Positions 40,035-51,624 of a DNA stretch of 64,000 nt are shown here, piece by piece. The stretch comes from Octopus sinensis (Eukaryota), in the NCBI RefSeq assembly GCF_006345805.1, contig NC_042997.1:44826001-44890000 (forward strand). The letters run 5' to 3'. Positions within the stretch are counted from its first letter, which is position 1; each line of letters begins with the position of its first letter. A model generated the notes under the pieces. That model saw only the letters and a list, made by a program, of their open reading frames with translations. It did not search any database and was not told the origin of the DNA. Position numbers and translations under genes: made by a program.

Positions 40035-40747
40035 GTTGGCGTTAGGAAGGGCATCCAGCCGTAGAAACATTGCCAGATCAAACTGGGCCTGGTGCAGCCT
40101 TCTTGCTTCCCAGACCCCAGTCGAACCGTCCAACCCATGCTAGCATGGAAAGCGGATGCTAAACGATGATGATGATGATGATGAACCAAATGTTTTTTTG
40201 TGTTTTTATCGTTACACACACACACACACACTCAGCTACAAAACAGTGTATGAGTTATAGTATTTAGTTAGGTACAGTTATGTTCTGATTACATAAACTG
40301 CCATCGTTTTATCAAAATTAACATGATTATATTAAAACATATGCAGATGTCCTGACATGAAATAATAGATCTTGGTTGATTTTAACAATGAGTAAAAAGC
40401 ACCATCCGTTCGTGGCCGTTTGCCAGCTCTGTCTGGCCCCCATGCCAGTGGCACGTAAAAAGCCCCATCCGTTCGTGGCCGTTGCCAGCCTTGCCTGGCC
40501 CCTGTGCCGGTGGCACGTAAAAAGCACCATCCGTCCGTGGCCGTCTGCCAGCTCTGTCTGGCACCTGTGCGGGTGGCACGTAAAAAGCACCCACTACACT
40601 CTCGGAGTGGTTGGCGTTAGGAAGGGCATCCAGCCGTAGAAACACTGCCAGATTTGACTGGGCCTGATGAAGCCTTCTGGCTTCACAGACCCCAGTTGAA
40701 CCGTCCAACCCATGCTAGCATGGAAAGCGGACGCTAAACGATGATGA
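40035..40747 (+). mobile_element. Two family D copies (40035-40182 and 40393-40747)
   Basis: Shared core, internal repeats and (GAT)n tails. Confidence 0.85.
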
Positions 40748-42419
40748 AGTATTGAGTTTGATTAACTGAACTACCTATTCATTGAATTAACATGTGAATG
40801 TTCTACAGGCATGTACCCATAATGCAATTCTCAGGAAGAATCATTGTTTGCCATACAGGGGTCTTTGTGGTTTTTGTCACTGTTTACAATTATCGGCATG
40901 TCAATTGTTATTTCCCTTGTACATGCACACACATACACACATATACTCACACAGAGTTGAATGTTCACCATCCCACTTTCATTGCACACACACACACACA
41001 CACACACAAACATTTACGTACCTCCCTTTTACATACATATACTCACACAGAGTTGAAATGCTCTCGCTACCAATCTGCCATCACCCCTTCCTTTCTCATT
41101 CATATGTTGTGACGAAGAAAAACGCAAGAGTATTATTATAATAAGAAAGATTATCTTTCTCGTATCTCCTACTCCTCTTTGTGTGCATGTGCAGCATCTT
41201 TGGTTACTATGGAAACAGAGCTTCTCGCCATGTTGATGTCTAAAATGCTCACTTCTGATTAACTAAAATACCCAAATTTTGCAAATTTTAAAGGCTAATA
41301 ATTTATTAATTATGGATAAGAAAAATGAATTTCATTTCATAATTAGTATGCAAAACTTAATCCATATACCAAATTTGAAAACAGTTGGAATGAAATTGTA
41401 AACAGTGATGAAAACCACAAAGATCCCCATACTGTAGTGTAGCATAGGCTTGATGTTTTAATTACAGCTACGAATCCTTCAAACAAGTTTCAGCACAGTT
41501 TCTTTTTACCCAGTTTCACTCACAACGCTTGGGTCAGCTTGAGACTATGCTAAAAAAAAGAATTGCCTATGATGTCTTACGGTGGTATCGAACCTGGGAT
41601 GTTGTGATTGCTGATTGGTTATGGATTGTTATTAATAGCAAAAATCAGTGCATAGTTGTGTGATAATCTTGAAGAAGAATCAATTTCTTAACCCGGTTGT
41701 GCAAATTTAAACATGACTGTTGCATCTTTATTGTTCAAGCAAGGTTTATCCTGTGTGATGGAAGTGGCTATACAATAGCACACCACAGCACATCATTAAT
41801 CTATACAGTGTTGGTCAGGTAAAGGAATTTGTATAATTGACCTGAATGTCAACATCTCCATTCCTAAAATACCAGTTTTCCTGTCTACCTGATTTATAAT
41901 CTGTGAGTTTCTGTTAACATACACTTCTGATGACCTTAATTCATGTCATTTATTTCAATTTCATTTCCTAATTGTAAATTTTTTTGCTTGGATTTCATTG
42001 CTCAGCTTATTTGAAAGAAAAGTAAAAAGGAAAAGAAGAAAGAAACCCTAAACAATGTAATTTCTATTTAATTTATGACCTTGCACCTACCTACTTAAGA
42101 AACTTATTGTTATTGAGATAACGAGAGATCTACATGGTCGCTCCATTTGGTGGAATTAGCAACCACATCTCTCAATGTGGTCCCCAGTATATTGTATTTA
42201 GGACTGGGGAAGGAATTATAGAAAAAACGTGAAATTGGATAAAATTTAGATTGTACCAGAAATGGGCAAGTGTAAGAAAAAAAATTAAATAAAGTTGTCT
42301 GATCAAGGCTGACCAGCTATTTAAAAAATAACTAGCATTAGTGGCCTGTAATGAATAGGACTCTTATAAAATTTAATGAATAACTTTATTGGTTTTCTCT
42401 GCCCATTCAAAGTACCCTG

Positions 42420-43006
42420 GATCCCAGAACGTCCCGCTGTGCTTGAGGAGACCTGTTGAGTCAAGTACATGAACATGAACATCGAAATAAATATCAATGG
42501 AAATAGTAGTTGTGATACCTGTGCCGGTGGCACATAAAAAGCACCATCCGATTGTGGCCTAGCCAGCGCCGACTCGACTGGCTTCTGTGCTGGTGGCACA
42601 TAAAAAGCACCATCCGATTGTGGCCTAGCCAGCGCCGACTCGACTGGCTTCTGTGCTGGTGGCACATAAAAAGCACCATCCGAATGTGGCCGATGCCAGC
42701 GCCGCCCCGACTGGCTTCTGTGCCGGTGGCAAATAAAAAGCACCATCTGAACGTGGCCGGTGGCACGTTAAAAGCTCCGACCGATCGTGGCCGATGCCGG
42801 ACCCCCCTGGCATCTGTGCTGGTGGCACGTAAAAAGCACCCACTACACTCACGGAGAGGTTGGCGTTAGGAAGGGCATCCAGCTGTAGAAACTCTGCCAG
42901 ATCAGACTGGAGCCTGGTGCAGCCCCTGGCTTCCCAGACCCTGGTTGAACCGTCCAACCTGTGCTAGCACGGAAAACGGATGTTAAACGATGATGAGGAT
43001 GATGAT
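42420..43006 (+). mobile_element. Family D copy with 5-6 internal repeat units
   Basis: ggtggcac(a/g)taaaaagcacc recurs from about 42527 to 42840, followed by the core and (GAT)n tail. Confidence 0.85.
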
Positions 43007-43639
43007 AAAAGATATCTTGAAAATTTCCTTGCACTGGCTATATTCCTCATTTCTGCTTCAGTAGCATATTGCTGCATTTGAATTGGCGCTGAGAAACTTG
43101 AGTATTTGTGAAGTTAACTTGACCTCTGGTGATTACAACATTGAGCATTGGAGATGATTTGTTCAAGGTGTATGAGCCACTAACGAGTGAGCCAGCTGTA
43201 ACTTTGGGTTATATCCAGGTGTCTCATATACATTCCCAACCATATCACTCAATGACTTTTATTAAATTTTGTCTTCCTGCTCGAGAATATACATCAACCT
43301 TTGATATGTAGATTTTGTTATTGTTCTTGAAAGAAATAATTGATAATGTGTCTATATTTAAAGGAATGTTAACTAAATTGTTTATGAGACAGACTTCAGC
43401 AAGATCTAAGAAAAGTTGAAACCACTTCGTGGACTTCTTGTACCTCCTTCCACTCACCTCAAATCTATTGATCTTACTGGTAATTTTTGTTTCACTTTAG
43501 CGAGCACTGCTTGAAAAATCTATTTTTAGGATTTAATAAGGAAGTTGTTTAACATTTTTGGTGAGAAAGCGTAAACTCGATGTTTCAAGGTTCTTCACTC
43601 ATCAAAATAATCTCTTTTTCAAAATGTGACCAGTCAGTT

Positions 43640-44512
43640 TGAAACAGATGCTTCATAATGAGAAAAAGTACCCATCTTTTTCTGTGGATCACTTCACACA
43701 TCTCAAAGAAGAATCTAATAGCATCAAGAACTTGCTCAATGGATTGGCGTATAATGAGCCCACCAGCTTTACCAACTTTCCAAGCAATCTTTGTCTTTGG
43801 GACAGTGCAGACTCTGTGGATTAGGTCATGTGAAATAATTTAAGGCTCTTGATTAAGAGCATGTAGTTTTTGAATACTTTTAAAATTTCTTTCCTAAGCT
43901 ATCTGAAGCAAATATCATTGTGGGTGTTTTTGTCAGACCCCAGATATAGAACATCCTGTAGTACACAGATTTATGATGCTCAGTGGAAGGGAGAAAGCAG
44001 TGTAGGAGGTTTTGTTGCAGTGATTCAGGAATTCTTAAGCAAGTGCATGTAGAGTTGGTTGAGTTCTAGGCTCCAGAATGTCTCTGAAAATTCACATCCT
44101 TGACACTAATCTTGATAATTAAAGAATACTGGAACATTCTCACTGGAGCAAGTCGAGTGCTTCTACCAAGTTACATTGGACTTTGAACAACGCCACCAAA
44201 AGCTATAAGGAAAACATGATGGGAGACTATATTTTGAAACTAACACGTGAAAGTGATTTACAATACCACTACAAATCTCGAAAATCACATAGAAGTGCAA
44301 ACTTCTACGTTAACTTTAATATAATCGAATGATACGTCTTAAATATGATTCATCTATTTTTTGTTGACCTTAGGTGGATGAAAATGTCTGAATTTGGTCA
44401 CTTTCTAATAGGAATTGCAAAAGTGGGAAATAGTAATTTTCTATATTTTTCCAATGTAAGCAATGAGAAAATAACATTACCCAAGAAAAAAAAGGGCATA
44501 TTACTTAGTGTA
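43640..44512 (+). pseudogene. Chapaev3-like (CMC) transposase remnant
   Basis: Degenerate motifs KYPS..HLKE, NLCLWDS, MSLKIHILD (44078) and ENMMGDYI match my recollection of the Chapaev3 transposase C-terminus. Confidence 0.6.
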
Positions 44513-44910
44513 ATTAACGGGTCTACATTATCCAATATGTCTTTTATTTTTAGATGGTATGGCTAAATTTAGTTTTGGGGAAGATTTGACTACTATTAAA
44601 AGTGTCTTGTTGGATTGCCATGCTCATGATTTCAAGGGTTTATGTTGCTTCACAAACGAATGCTTGAGCATATAAAGACAACTAGAATGAGACAAATAAT
44701 TTTCCAAAGATAATTCACTCCCACATAGATGAAAAAATAGAATTTTCACACAGGGATCTAAATGTGGTCGTGAACATGCCACACTGAGTCATTTGAGGAC
44801 CGCCTAGTGTAGTAAGAAATGTTTTTATTTTTTGTTTTTTTTTGTTTTATATGGGAAGAAAACGAATGAATCAGGGACATCAGGTCAGAACTTTTGACAA
44901 TATATCATTC

Positions 44911-45144
44911 CCTATTTCTTTACTACCCACAAGGGGCTAAGCACAGAGGGGACAAACAAGGACAGACAAACGGATTAAGTCGATTACATCGACCCCAGTG
45001 TGTAACTGGTACTTAATTTTATCGATCCCGAAAGGATGAAAGGCAAAGTCGACCTCGGCGGAATTTGAACTCAGAACGTAATGGCAGACGAAATACGGCT
45101 ACGCATTTCGCCCGGCATGCTAACGTTTCTGCCAGCTCGCCGCC
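44911..45144 (-). mobile_element. SINE family A
   Basis: Full-length reverse complement of 1256-1476. Confidence 0.9.
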
Positions 45145-45562
45145 CTGTCATTACCAGTGGCATGCATCCCCCTCTCACACACTCAGGCTGGGAATTTCTG
45201 AGTGTCCCACCCTCCCCCATTTTCCTTGAAAAGTGTACTATTATATGCTTTGAGATTTGGGAGAGGGATTGAAAATGAAAATAGTTTCCGCCTATGAGGC
45301 ACTGTTTTGAAGCAGTACATACAAATATTTCCAAAATATATACAGGAACTTCGTAATTAGGGAGCAAAAAATTTTTGAGACTGCCCCTTAATTATAATCA
45401 GTGTCAAATTTGATTAGCTCATTTCGTTAAGTTTCTTTTTGTTTTATTTGTGCGCAAACCCTTTGAAACATTGACAGCACCTCCTCTTCAGTTCCGCACC
45501 AATCCTTCAAGCATAAGGTCGTGTGCCACACCTACTACTGCTTAATTAGTATATTCAAAATA

Positions 45563-45953
45563 GTAGAGGCGCAATGGCCCAGTGGTTAGGGCAGCGGACT
45601 CGCGGTCGTAGGATCGCGGTTTCGATTCCCAGACCGGGCGTTGTGAGTGTTTATTGAGCGAAAACACCTAAAGCTCCACGAGGCTCCGGCAGGGGATGGT
45701 GGTGAACCCTGCTGTACTCTTTCACTACAACTTTCTCTCACTCTTACTTCCTGTTTCTGTTGTACCTGTATTTCAAAGGGTCGGCCTTGTCACTCTCTGT
45801 GTCACGCTGAATCTCCTCGAGTACTACGTTAAGGGTACACGTGTCTGTGGAGTGCTCAGCCACTTGCACGTTAACTCCACGAGCAAGCTGTTCCGTTGAT
45901 CGTATCAGCTGGGACCCTCATCGTCGTAACCGACGGAGTGCTCCTACCTATCC
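45563..45953 (+). mobile_element. tRNA-derived SINE, family C, with a 13-bp TSD
   Basis: Head ggcgcaatggcccagtggttagg...ggtttcgattccc. TSD tatattcaaaata at 45550-45562 and 45954-45966. Confidence 0.9.
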
Positions 45954-46756
45954 TATATTCAAAATAAATTGACATATTTTGAAATTCTACCAAAAGTTGT
46001 GTAGTTGTCCGATTTTTCTTTTTTCATGAGTTTACAGGAAATATCTGGACCCCCTTTTTTCAATAAAAATTATTATCAAATAAAAAAAATGCTTTTTGCC
46101 TTTTAACTACCGCTCAAAAACTTTGAAACAGAAATACTCTCACTTCTAATTTCATAGCCATATTGAGGCAGCGAGCTGGCAGAGTTGTTAGCAAGTCACA
46201 AGAGACACTTTGCAGTATTTCACCTGAGCTGAAATTCCGCCTGGGTCGACTTTGCCTTTCATATGTTTGGAGTCCATAAATTAAGTACCAGTCAAGCACT
46301 GGAGTCGATGTAATCGACTAGACCCATTTCCCTAAAATTTCAGCCCTTGTGGAAGCATTAGAAAGGAATATCATAGCCATATTGAACTATGCCTATTTTA
46401 AAGAACATTTTATATAGAAACAAAATCAGAAAAAGATTTTCTAAAAAAGATATGTGTTTTTTCAGTGGAGTCTGATATGGCAAAGCTGATTTTATAAAAA
46501 AAGCATCAGTCAGATCATTCTGCATTTTATGATTATAACTTTTTTCTAAGATAAAACAACAGTCCACGAATTTCCGGAGTTTTTTACTACTTTGATTTTT
46601 TTTATAGTATCTTATGTCTCACTGTAATAAAAATAAAATATACGAGTTAATGTAAATTTTGATTAGTTTTTTTAATTAAAAAGCAATAGGTGCTTCTTTT
46701 TAAAGCATTTTATTTATTCGTATCATATTTTATTTTTTAAGTACAGTTGGCCATAA

Positions 46757-47365
46757 GTGAAAAACAACATTTATCAGGACACAAATATAATTGTAGAAAA
46801 TTGTCAGGGTTACCGTCAAATCTTCAATGTCGACAAAACAGGCCTATTCTGGAAAAAAATGTCAAGAAGAACGTTTCTGGCAAGAAGAGGGGCGATGATA
46901 CTAGGTTATAAAGCACTTCTACTCGGAGCTACTGCCAAAGTTGAATGCAAATTAAAATCGATGTTAATTTATCATACAATGAACCCAAGAGCATTAAAAG
47001 GCTGTAACAAGCGATCTCTTACAGTGGTTTGGAAACTGAATAAAAGGGCTTGGGTGACAAAGCAATTGTTTGAAGAATAGTTCCACATTTTAAAAATATT
47101 GCAAACAAAAATAATTTAGATTTCAAAGTTCCTTTAATTTTAGGTAATGCTCCTGGGCGTCCCACCTCACTTAATTTAAATAGCAATGTGAAGATTATTT
47201 CTCTACTACTAAATATGACTTCTTTACTACAGCCGATGGACCAAGGAGTGATTTCTACATACAAGCATATTATGTGTAGAGAACTTTTGCCCAGGTAATT
47301 CAAGTTATTACTGGAGATAATCCACTCGAAGAATTTTGGGCAAAAATTGATATTAAACAAGCAGT
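46757..47365 (+). pseudogene. Tigger/pogo transposase remnant
   Basis: QIFNVDKTGLFWKKM, NPRALKG, NKRAWVTKQLFEE, LILGNAPG and LLQPMDQGVI. Confidence 0.88.
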
Positions 47366-47748
47366 AGGCGCAGGAGTAGCTGTGTGGTAAGTAGCTTGCT
47401 AACCAACCACATGGTTACGGGTTCAGTCCCACTGCGTGGCATCGTGGGCAAGTGTCTTCTGCTATAGCCCCGGGCCGACCAATGCCTTGTGAGTGGATTT
47501 GGTAGACGGAAACTGAAAGAAGCCTGTCGTATATATGTATATATATATGTGTTTGTCCCCCTAGCATTGCTTGACAACCGATGCTGGTGTGTTTACGTCC
47601 CCGTCACTTAGCGGTTCGGCAAAAGAGACCGATAGAATAAGTACTGGGCTTACAAAGAATAAGTCCTGGGGTCGATTTGCTCGACTAAAGGCGGTGCTCC
47701 AGCATGGCCGCAGTCGAATGACTGAAACAAGTAAAAGAGTAAAAGAGA
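47366..47748 (+). mobile_element. SINE family B
   Basis: Homologous to the other copies. Confidence 0.9.
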
Positions 47749-47801
47749 GAGAATATATATGTATAAATATGTTAAATAAAATGAAACAAAGCCAAGGCTG
47801 T

Positions 47802-48172
47802 TCATGAAGAATTATGTACATTATTTACAATTGACGGATATTTGTCCTCATCTTGTTTGTTGTTAACACAACGTTTCAGCTGACATACCCTCCAGCCTTC
47901 ATCAGGTGTCTTGGGGAAATTTCGAACCTGGATATATGGCATAGTGGTTAAGAGCACGGCTACTAACCCAAAGATTCCGAGTTCGATTCCAGGCAGTGAC
48001 CTGAATGATAATAACAATAATGATGATAATAACATCGAAAAATACCTTAGGAATGAGAACCCAAGTTCGAAATTTCCCCAAGACACCTGAAGAAGGCTTG
48101 GAGGGTATATCAGCCGAAATGTGTTAACAACAAACAAGATGAGGACAAATATCCATCAAATGTAAATAATGT
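47802..48172. mobile_element. Composite element: tRNA head + hammerhead-bearing tail, inverted tail copy and 14-bp TSD
   Basis: TSD aaagccaaggctgt at 47788-47801 and 48173-48186. Inverted arms at 47818-47930 and 48062-48172. Box A at 47937-47947 and box B at 47979-47990. Confidence 0.85.
47865..47910 (-). ncRNA. Predicted minimal type I hammerhead ribozyme
   Basis: GACAC-CUGAUGA-A-GGCUG(10 nt)CAGCU-GAAA-CG-UU^GUGUU, with a 5-bp stem I and a palindromic AACGUU stem III. Confidence 0.7.
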
Positions 48173-48356
48173 AAAGCCAAGGCTGTGTGGAATTTATAGA
48201 ACATTTATAAAGAGAAAAGTAGTCTTACAGTTTTTTCTGGGATATTAGGGATATCCCTTCACCAGAGACGATATAAGAGAGTTAACTAGAGGAATATAGT
48301 AGAGTTCAATAGAAGGAGTTAATATAAATACATACATATAAATACCTAAATATATG

Positions 48357-48492
48357 TTAGGAAGAGCATCCAGCTGTAGAAACACTGCCAGATCAGACTG
48401 GGCCTGGCGCAGCCTCCTGGCTTCCCAGACCCCAGTTGAACCGTCCAATCCATGCTAGCATGGAAAACGGACGTTAAACGATGATGATGATG
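48357..48492 (+). mobile_element. Family D 3' fragment
   Basis: Core plus (GAT)n tail. Confidence 0.8.
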
Positions 48493-48608
48493 AAATATAT
48501 ATATATATACATACATATATATATACACACACACACATACCTATATGTACATATATATACATATATATATGCATGCATATTATATACATCGATATATGTA
48601 TATATATG

Positions 48609-48656
<48 letters not shown>

Positions 48657-48664
48657 TATATATA

Positions 48665-48724
<60 letters not shown>

Positions 48725-48813
48725 GTTGATCCAAACATGAAAACACAACAACGCGAGGACGTGGAACAAGTATAGTGTTATTGGACGCTCAGGAAAGGAA
48801 AGAAAGAAGGAGG

Positions 48814-48848
48814 ATTTAACGTTTCGAGCGGAGCTCTTCGTCAGAAAC
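48814..48848 (-). ncRNA. Predicted minimal hammerhead ribozyme in a PLE-terminus-like repeat (48725-48930)
   Basis: GUUU-CUGACGA-A-GAGC(UCC)GCUC-GAAA-CG-UU^AAAU. Decayed homologues at 12281-12315 and 13173-13208. Confidence 0.65.
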
Positions 48849-49226
48849 ATAGGAAAAGGAAAGATCCAAGGAAGGGAAGACGGAGAAAGAAAATCGCCAA
48901 CGGTATACTCGCGGTCACATTTTGAATGACCGGAAGGGAATGGGTGAAGAAAAAGTTCTTTCGAAGACAGGAGAGTGCAAGAGGAGATATGTGTGTGTAA
49001 TGATAGCACGTGTGTCTGTGTGTGTGTGTGGTTGTGGCTGTTAATCTATGTGTGTGGTTGGGCTTAGTATCGTTTAAGGTCAAGGAAGAATGTAGTAGGA
49101 GTAGCTCTAATGTCTACATACCCATGTGCGTAGAAGAATGGTCAATGGAAGGTACTGGTAGTTTGAAGTATGTGTTTGTGCATGTATGTTATATATATAT
49201 ATGTGCATATATATATATATAGATCG

Positions 49227-49269
<43 letters not shown>

Positions 49270-49274
49270 TATAT

Positions 49275-49724
49275 AAATGAAAGAGTGGAGTTTAACGACG
49301 AATTAACAAAATTCCTTTATTTTCGACATATGTTTCGAAGGCTGCATATTCCTAATTTCGAAGGAATAAGGGGTGCATCATGCCGCCTTCTCATCAGGAA
49401 AAACAAGGAACTTATGTCAGCATCAAGATGCACAAAAACTTTTAGATGACTTCCCACACGGAGCCCATAGCGATAATGAGTGTTTCTTTAAAATATAACG
49501 GAATATTTTAAAGAAACACTCATTATCGCTATGGGCTCCGTGTGGGAAGTCATCTAAAAGTTTTTGTGCATCTTGGTGCTGACATAAGTTCCTTGTTTTT
49601 CCTGATGAGAAGGCGGCATAATGCACCCCTTATTCCTTCGAAATTAGGAATATGCAGCCTTCGAAACATATGTCGAAAATAAAGGAATTTTGTTAATTCG
49701 TCGTTCAACTCCATTCTTTCATTT
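49275..49724. repeat. 450-bp near-perfect palindrome (inverted PLE-type terminus)
   Basis: Arms of about 220 bp with a few substitutions around a ~9-nt spacer near 49496-49504. Confidence 0.95.
49589..49687 (+). ncRNA. Predicted type I hammerhead ribozyme (GUC cleavage after 49674), mirrored on the minus strand at about 49312-49410
   Basis: UUUUC-CUGAUGA(49602-08)-GAAGGC...GCCUUC-GAAA(49663-66)-CAUAUG-UC^GAAAA. Stem I extends through a 2x2 internal loop. Confidence 0.85.
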
Positions 49725-49948
49725 ATTTGTATTTAAAAAAACACACAAATTTCCACACGAAAGCACGTGATCTCTGCCCTAGGCATGTAGCTTCAACCGT
49801 GTTTTTCTGACGTGAATTTGCTACCCAAGTATCGGTTAACTGAATTATCCATAATAAGATAATTCATTCAACTACTACTCAAATATATATATATATGTAT
49901 GTATATATATATATATACATACATAAATATATACACATGTATAGATAC

Positions 49949-50030
<82 letters not shown>

Positions 50031-50077
50031 TACATGTATATATCTACATATATATGTCCATATATATATATATATAT

Positions 50078-50492
50078 AGCTAACTCCCAACACAACACAT
50101 CCACACTCGTTCGTCTGGCCGAAATTATCCTCTCACTCAAATTCTTCTCGTTCACTGGTGATTTTTACCAACAAGTCTCGGGAGTGGCCATGGGAACGAG
50201 AATAGGCCCCAAATATGCGAACCAGTTCGTTGGCTACGTTGAATCCCAAATATTCTCAAGTTTCACTGGTCCCACTCCCGAACTATATGGCCATTATATT
50301 GACGACTGTATCTGTGCGACCTCACTCTCCCGTGAACATCTAGACTTCTTCCTCTCTTTTGTCAAATCTTTCCATCCTGCCCTCCACTTCTCCTGCACTA
50401 TCTCTGAACCCTCTGTCTCCTTTCTTGACATTTTGGTCAGCATTCATCACTCCACTCTCACCACCTCCATCCACTACAAACACACAGACACA
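50078..50492 (+). mobile_element. Penelope-like element reverse transcriptase fragment
   Basis: [24 protein letters not shown]...HYIDDC...VSFLDILV...TSIHYKHTD matches PLE RT motifs 4-7. Confidence 0.88.
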
Positions 50493-51205
50493 CATACTGG
50501 ATCTCTGCTTCACAAATAATAATATGGATCTCATCCATAATGTGAAAGTGACACCGACGCTACTCTCGGATCACAACATGGTAGAGCTGACCATGTATGG
50601 ACCAAAGGAAAGCATGGACATGTAGCCTACAAGAAATTCTCAAAATATTTCTAGCTTGAACTTCCATATGCAAACTGGAGACAAATTGAGAAAAAGATCC
50701 TCAAACAAAAGTGGCCTAAATATTTCTCCTCACCGGACATCGACATGAAACTTCAACAATTCATGTCTGTAATGCAAGCCATATGTGTCCCAAGAGAAAG
50801 GCCACTGTACACAAGAACAAAATCCCCAGGGAGAGGAAAATTATGAGACGGCGTACAAAATTTTGTGCCCCAGCATGGCCGCGGCCTTCGGGCTAAAACA
50901 TTTTTAAGGATTTAAGGAAAGAAATTGAAAGCAGTGAAAAGTCCTGCCTGAAAATACAACTGCTGGGGATTGAAAAAAATCTGCAACTCTCCCATGAAAA
51001 AGAAAGAGCAGACAAAGAAGCCTGGGCTATAGACAATATAAAATCTAACCCCAGAGCTTTCTACAAGTTTGCCATTGAACAGCTTCAGTGCACTGCAGGA
51101 TAGGGCCACTCCTCGAAAAAGATGGTTCAATCACAGGCAACCCAATGAGGATAAGGGAAATACTAAATGAGCAATTCAAAAGTATTTTCACTCCACCACT
51201 AGGAC
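50493..51205 (+). mobile_element. CR1-like family 1, copy D 5' piece (APE C-terminus to linker), containing a tail-only insert at 50865-50918
   Basis: Colinear with 9208-9890. Confidence 0.9.
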
Positions 51206-51264
51206 ATACATACATACGTACATACACATCCATCCATACTTACATAAGTGAATATAACGTATTT

Positions 51265-51298
<34 letters not shown>

Positions 51299-51307
51299 AT
51301 AATAAAT

Positions 51308-51569
51308 ATTAGGGAATAAATCCAAATTTACAGGGAAAAATCAGATTTAAGATTGAATCCAATTTTATAGTAAAATATAATATAATATTAATTAGAGACA
51401 AAACCACTATTATGCAAATCAAACAAAGAAAGACTTAATCCAATACATAAAAAAATTTATATAAATTAAATCAAATTAATTTTATTTAATTTATATAAAA
51501 TTTTTATGTATTGGATTAAGTCTTTCTTTGTTTGATTTGCATAATAGTGGTTTTGTCTCTAATTAATAT

Positions 51570-51573
<4 letters not shown>
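51308..51573. repeat. PLE-terminus-like repeat with a 190-bp fold-back palindrome (51381-51573)
   Basis: The arms are reverse complements around 51470-51490. Same family as 1-148. Confidence 0.88.
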
Positions 51574-51623
<50 letters not shown>

Positions 51624-51624
51624 G

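Noticed and set aside
40660-40690. CTGATGA-AGCC/GGCT hairpin as a hammerhead
   Set aside because: No GAAA follows, and other family D copies read cctggtgcagcc, so it is a chance mutation.
45567-45640. tRNA gene (also 47937-47995 and the SINE A/B heads)
   Set aside because: The cloverleaf is imperfect and each is followed by a SINE body, often with TSDs. These are tRNA-derived heads, not tRNA genes.
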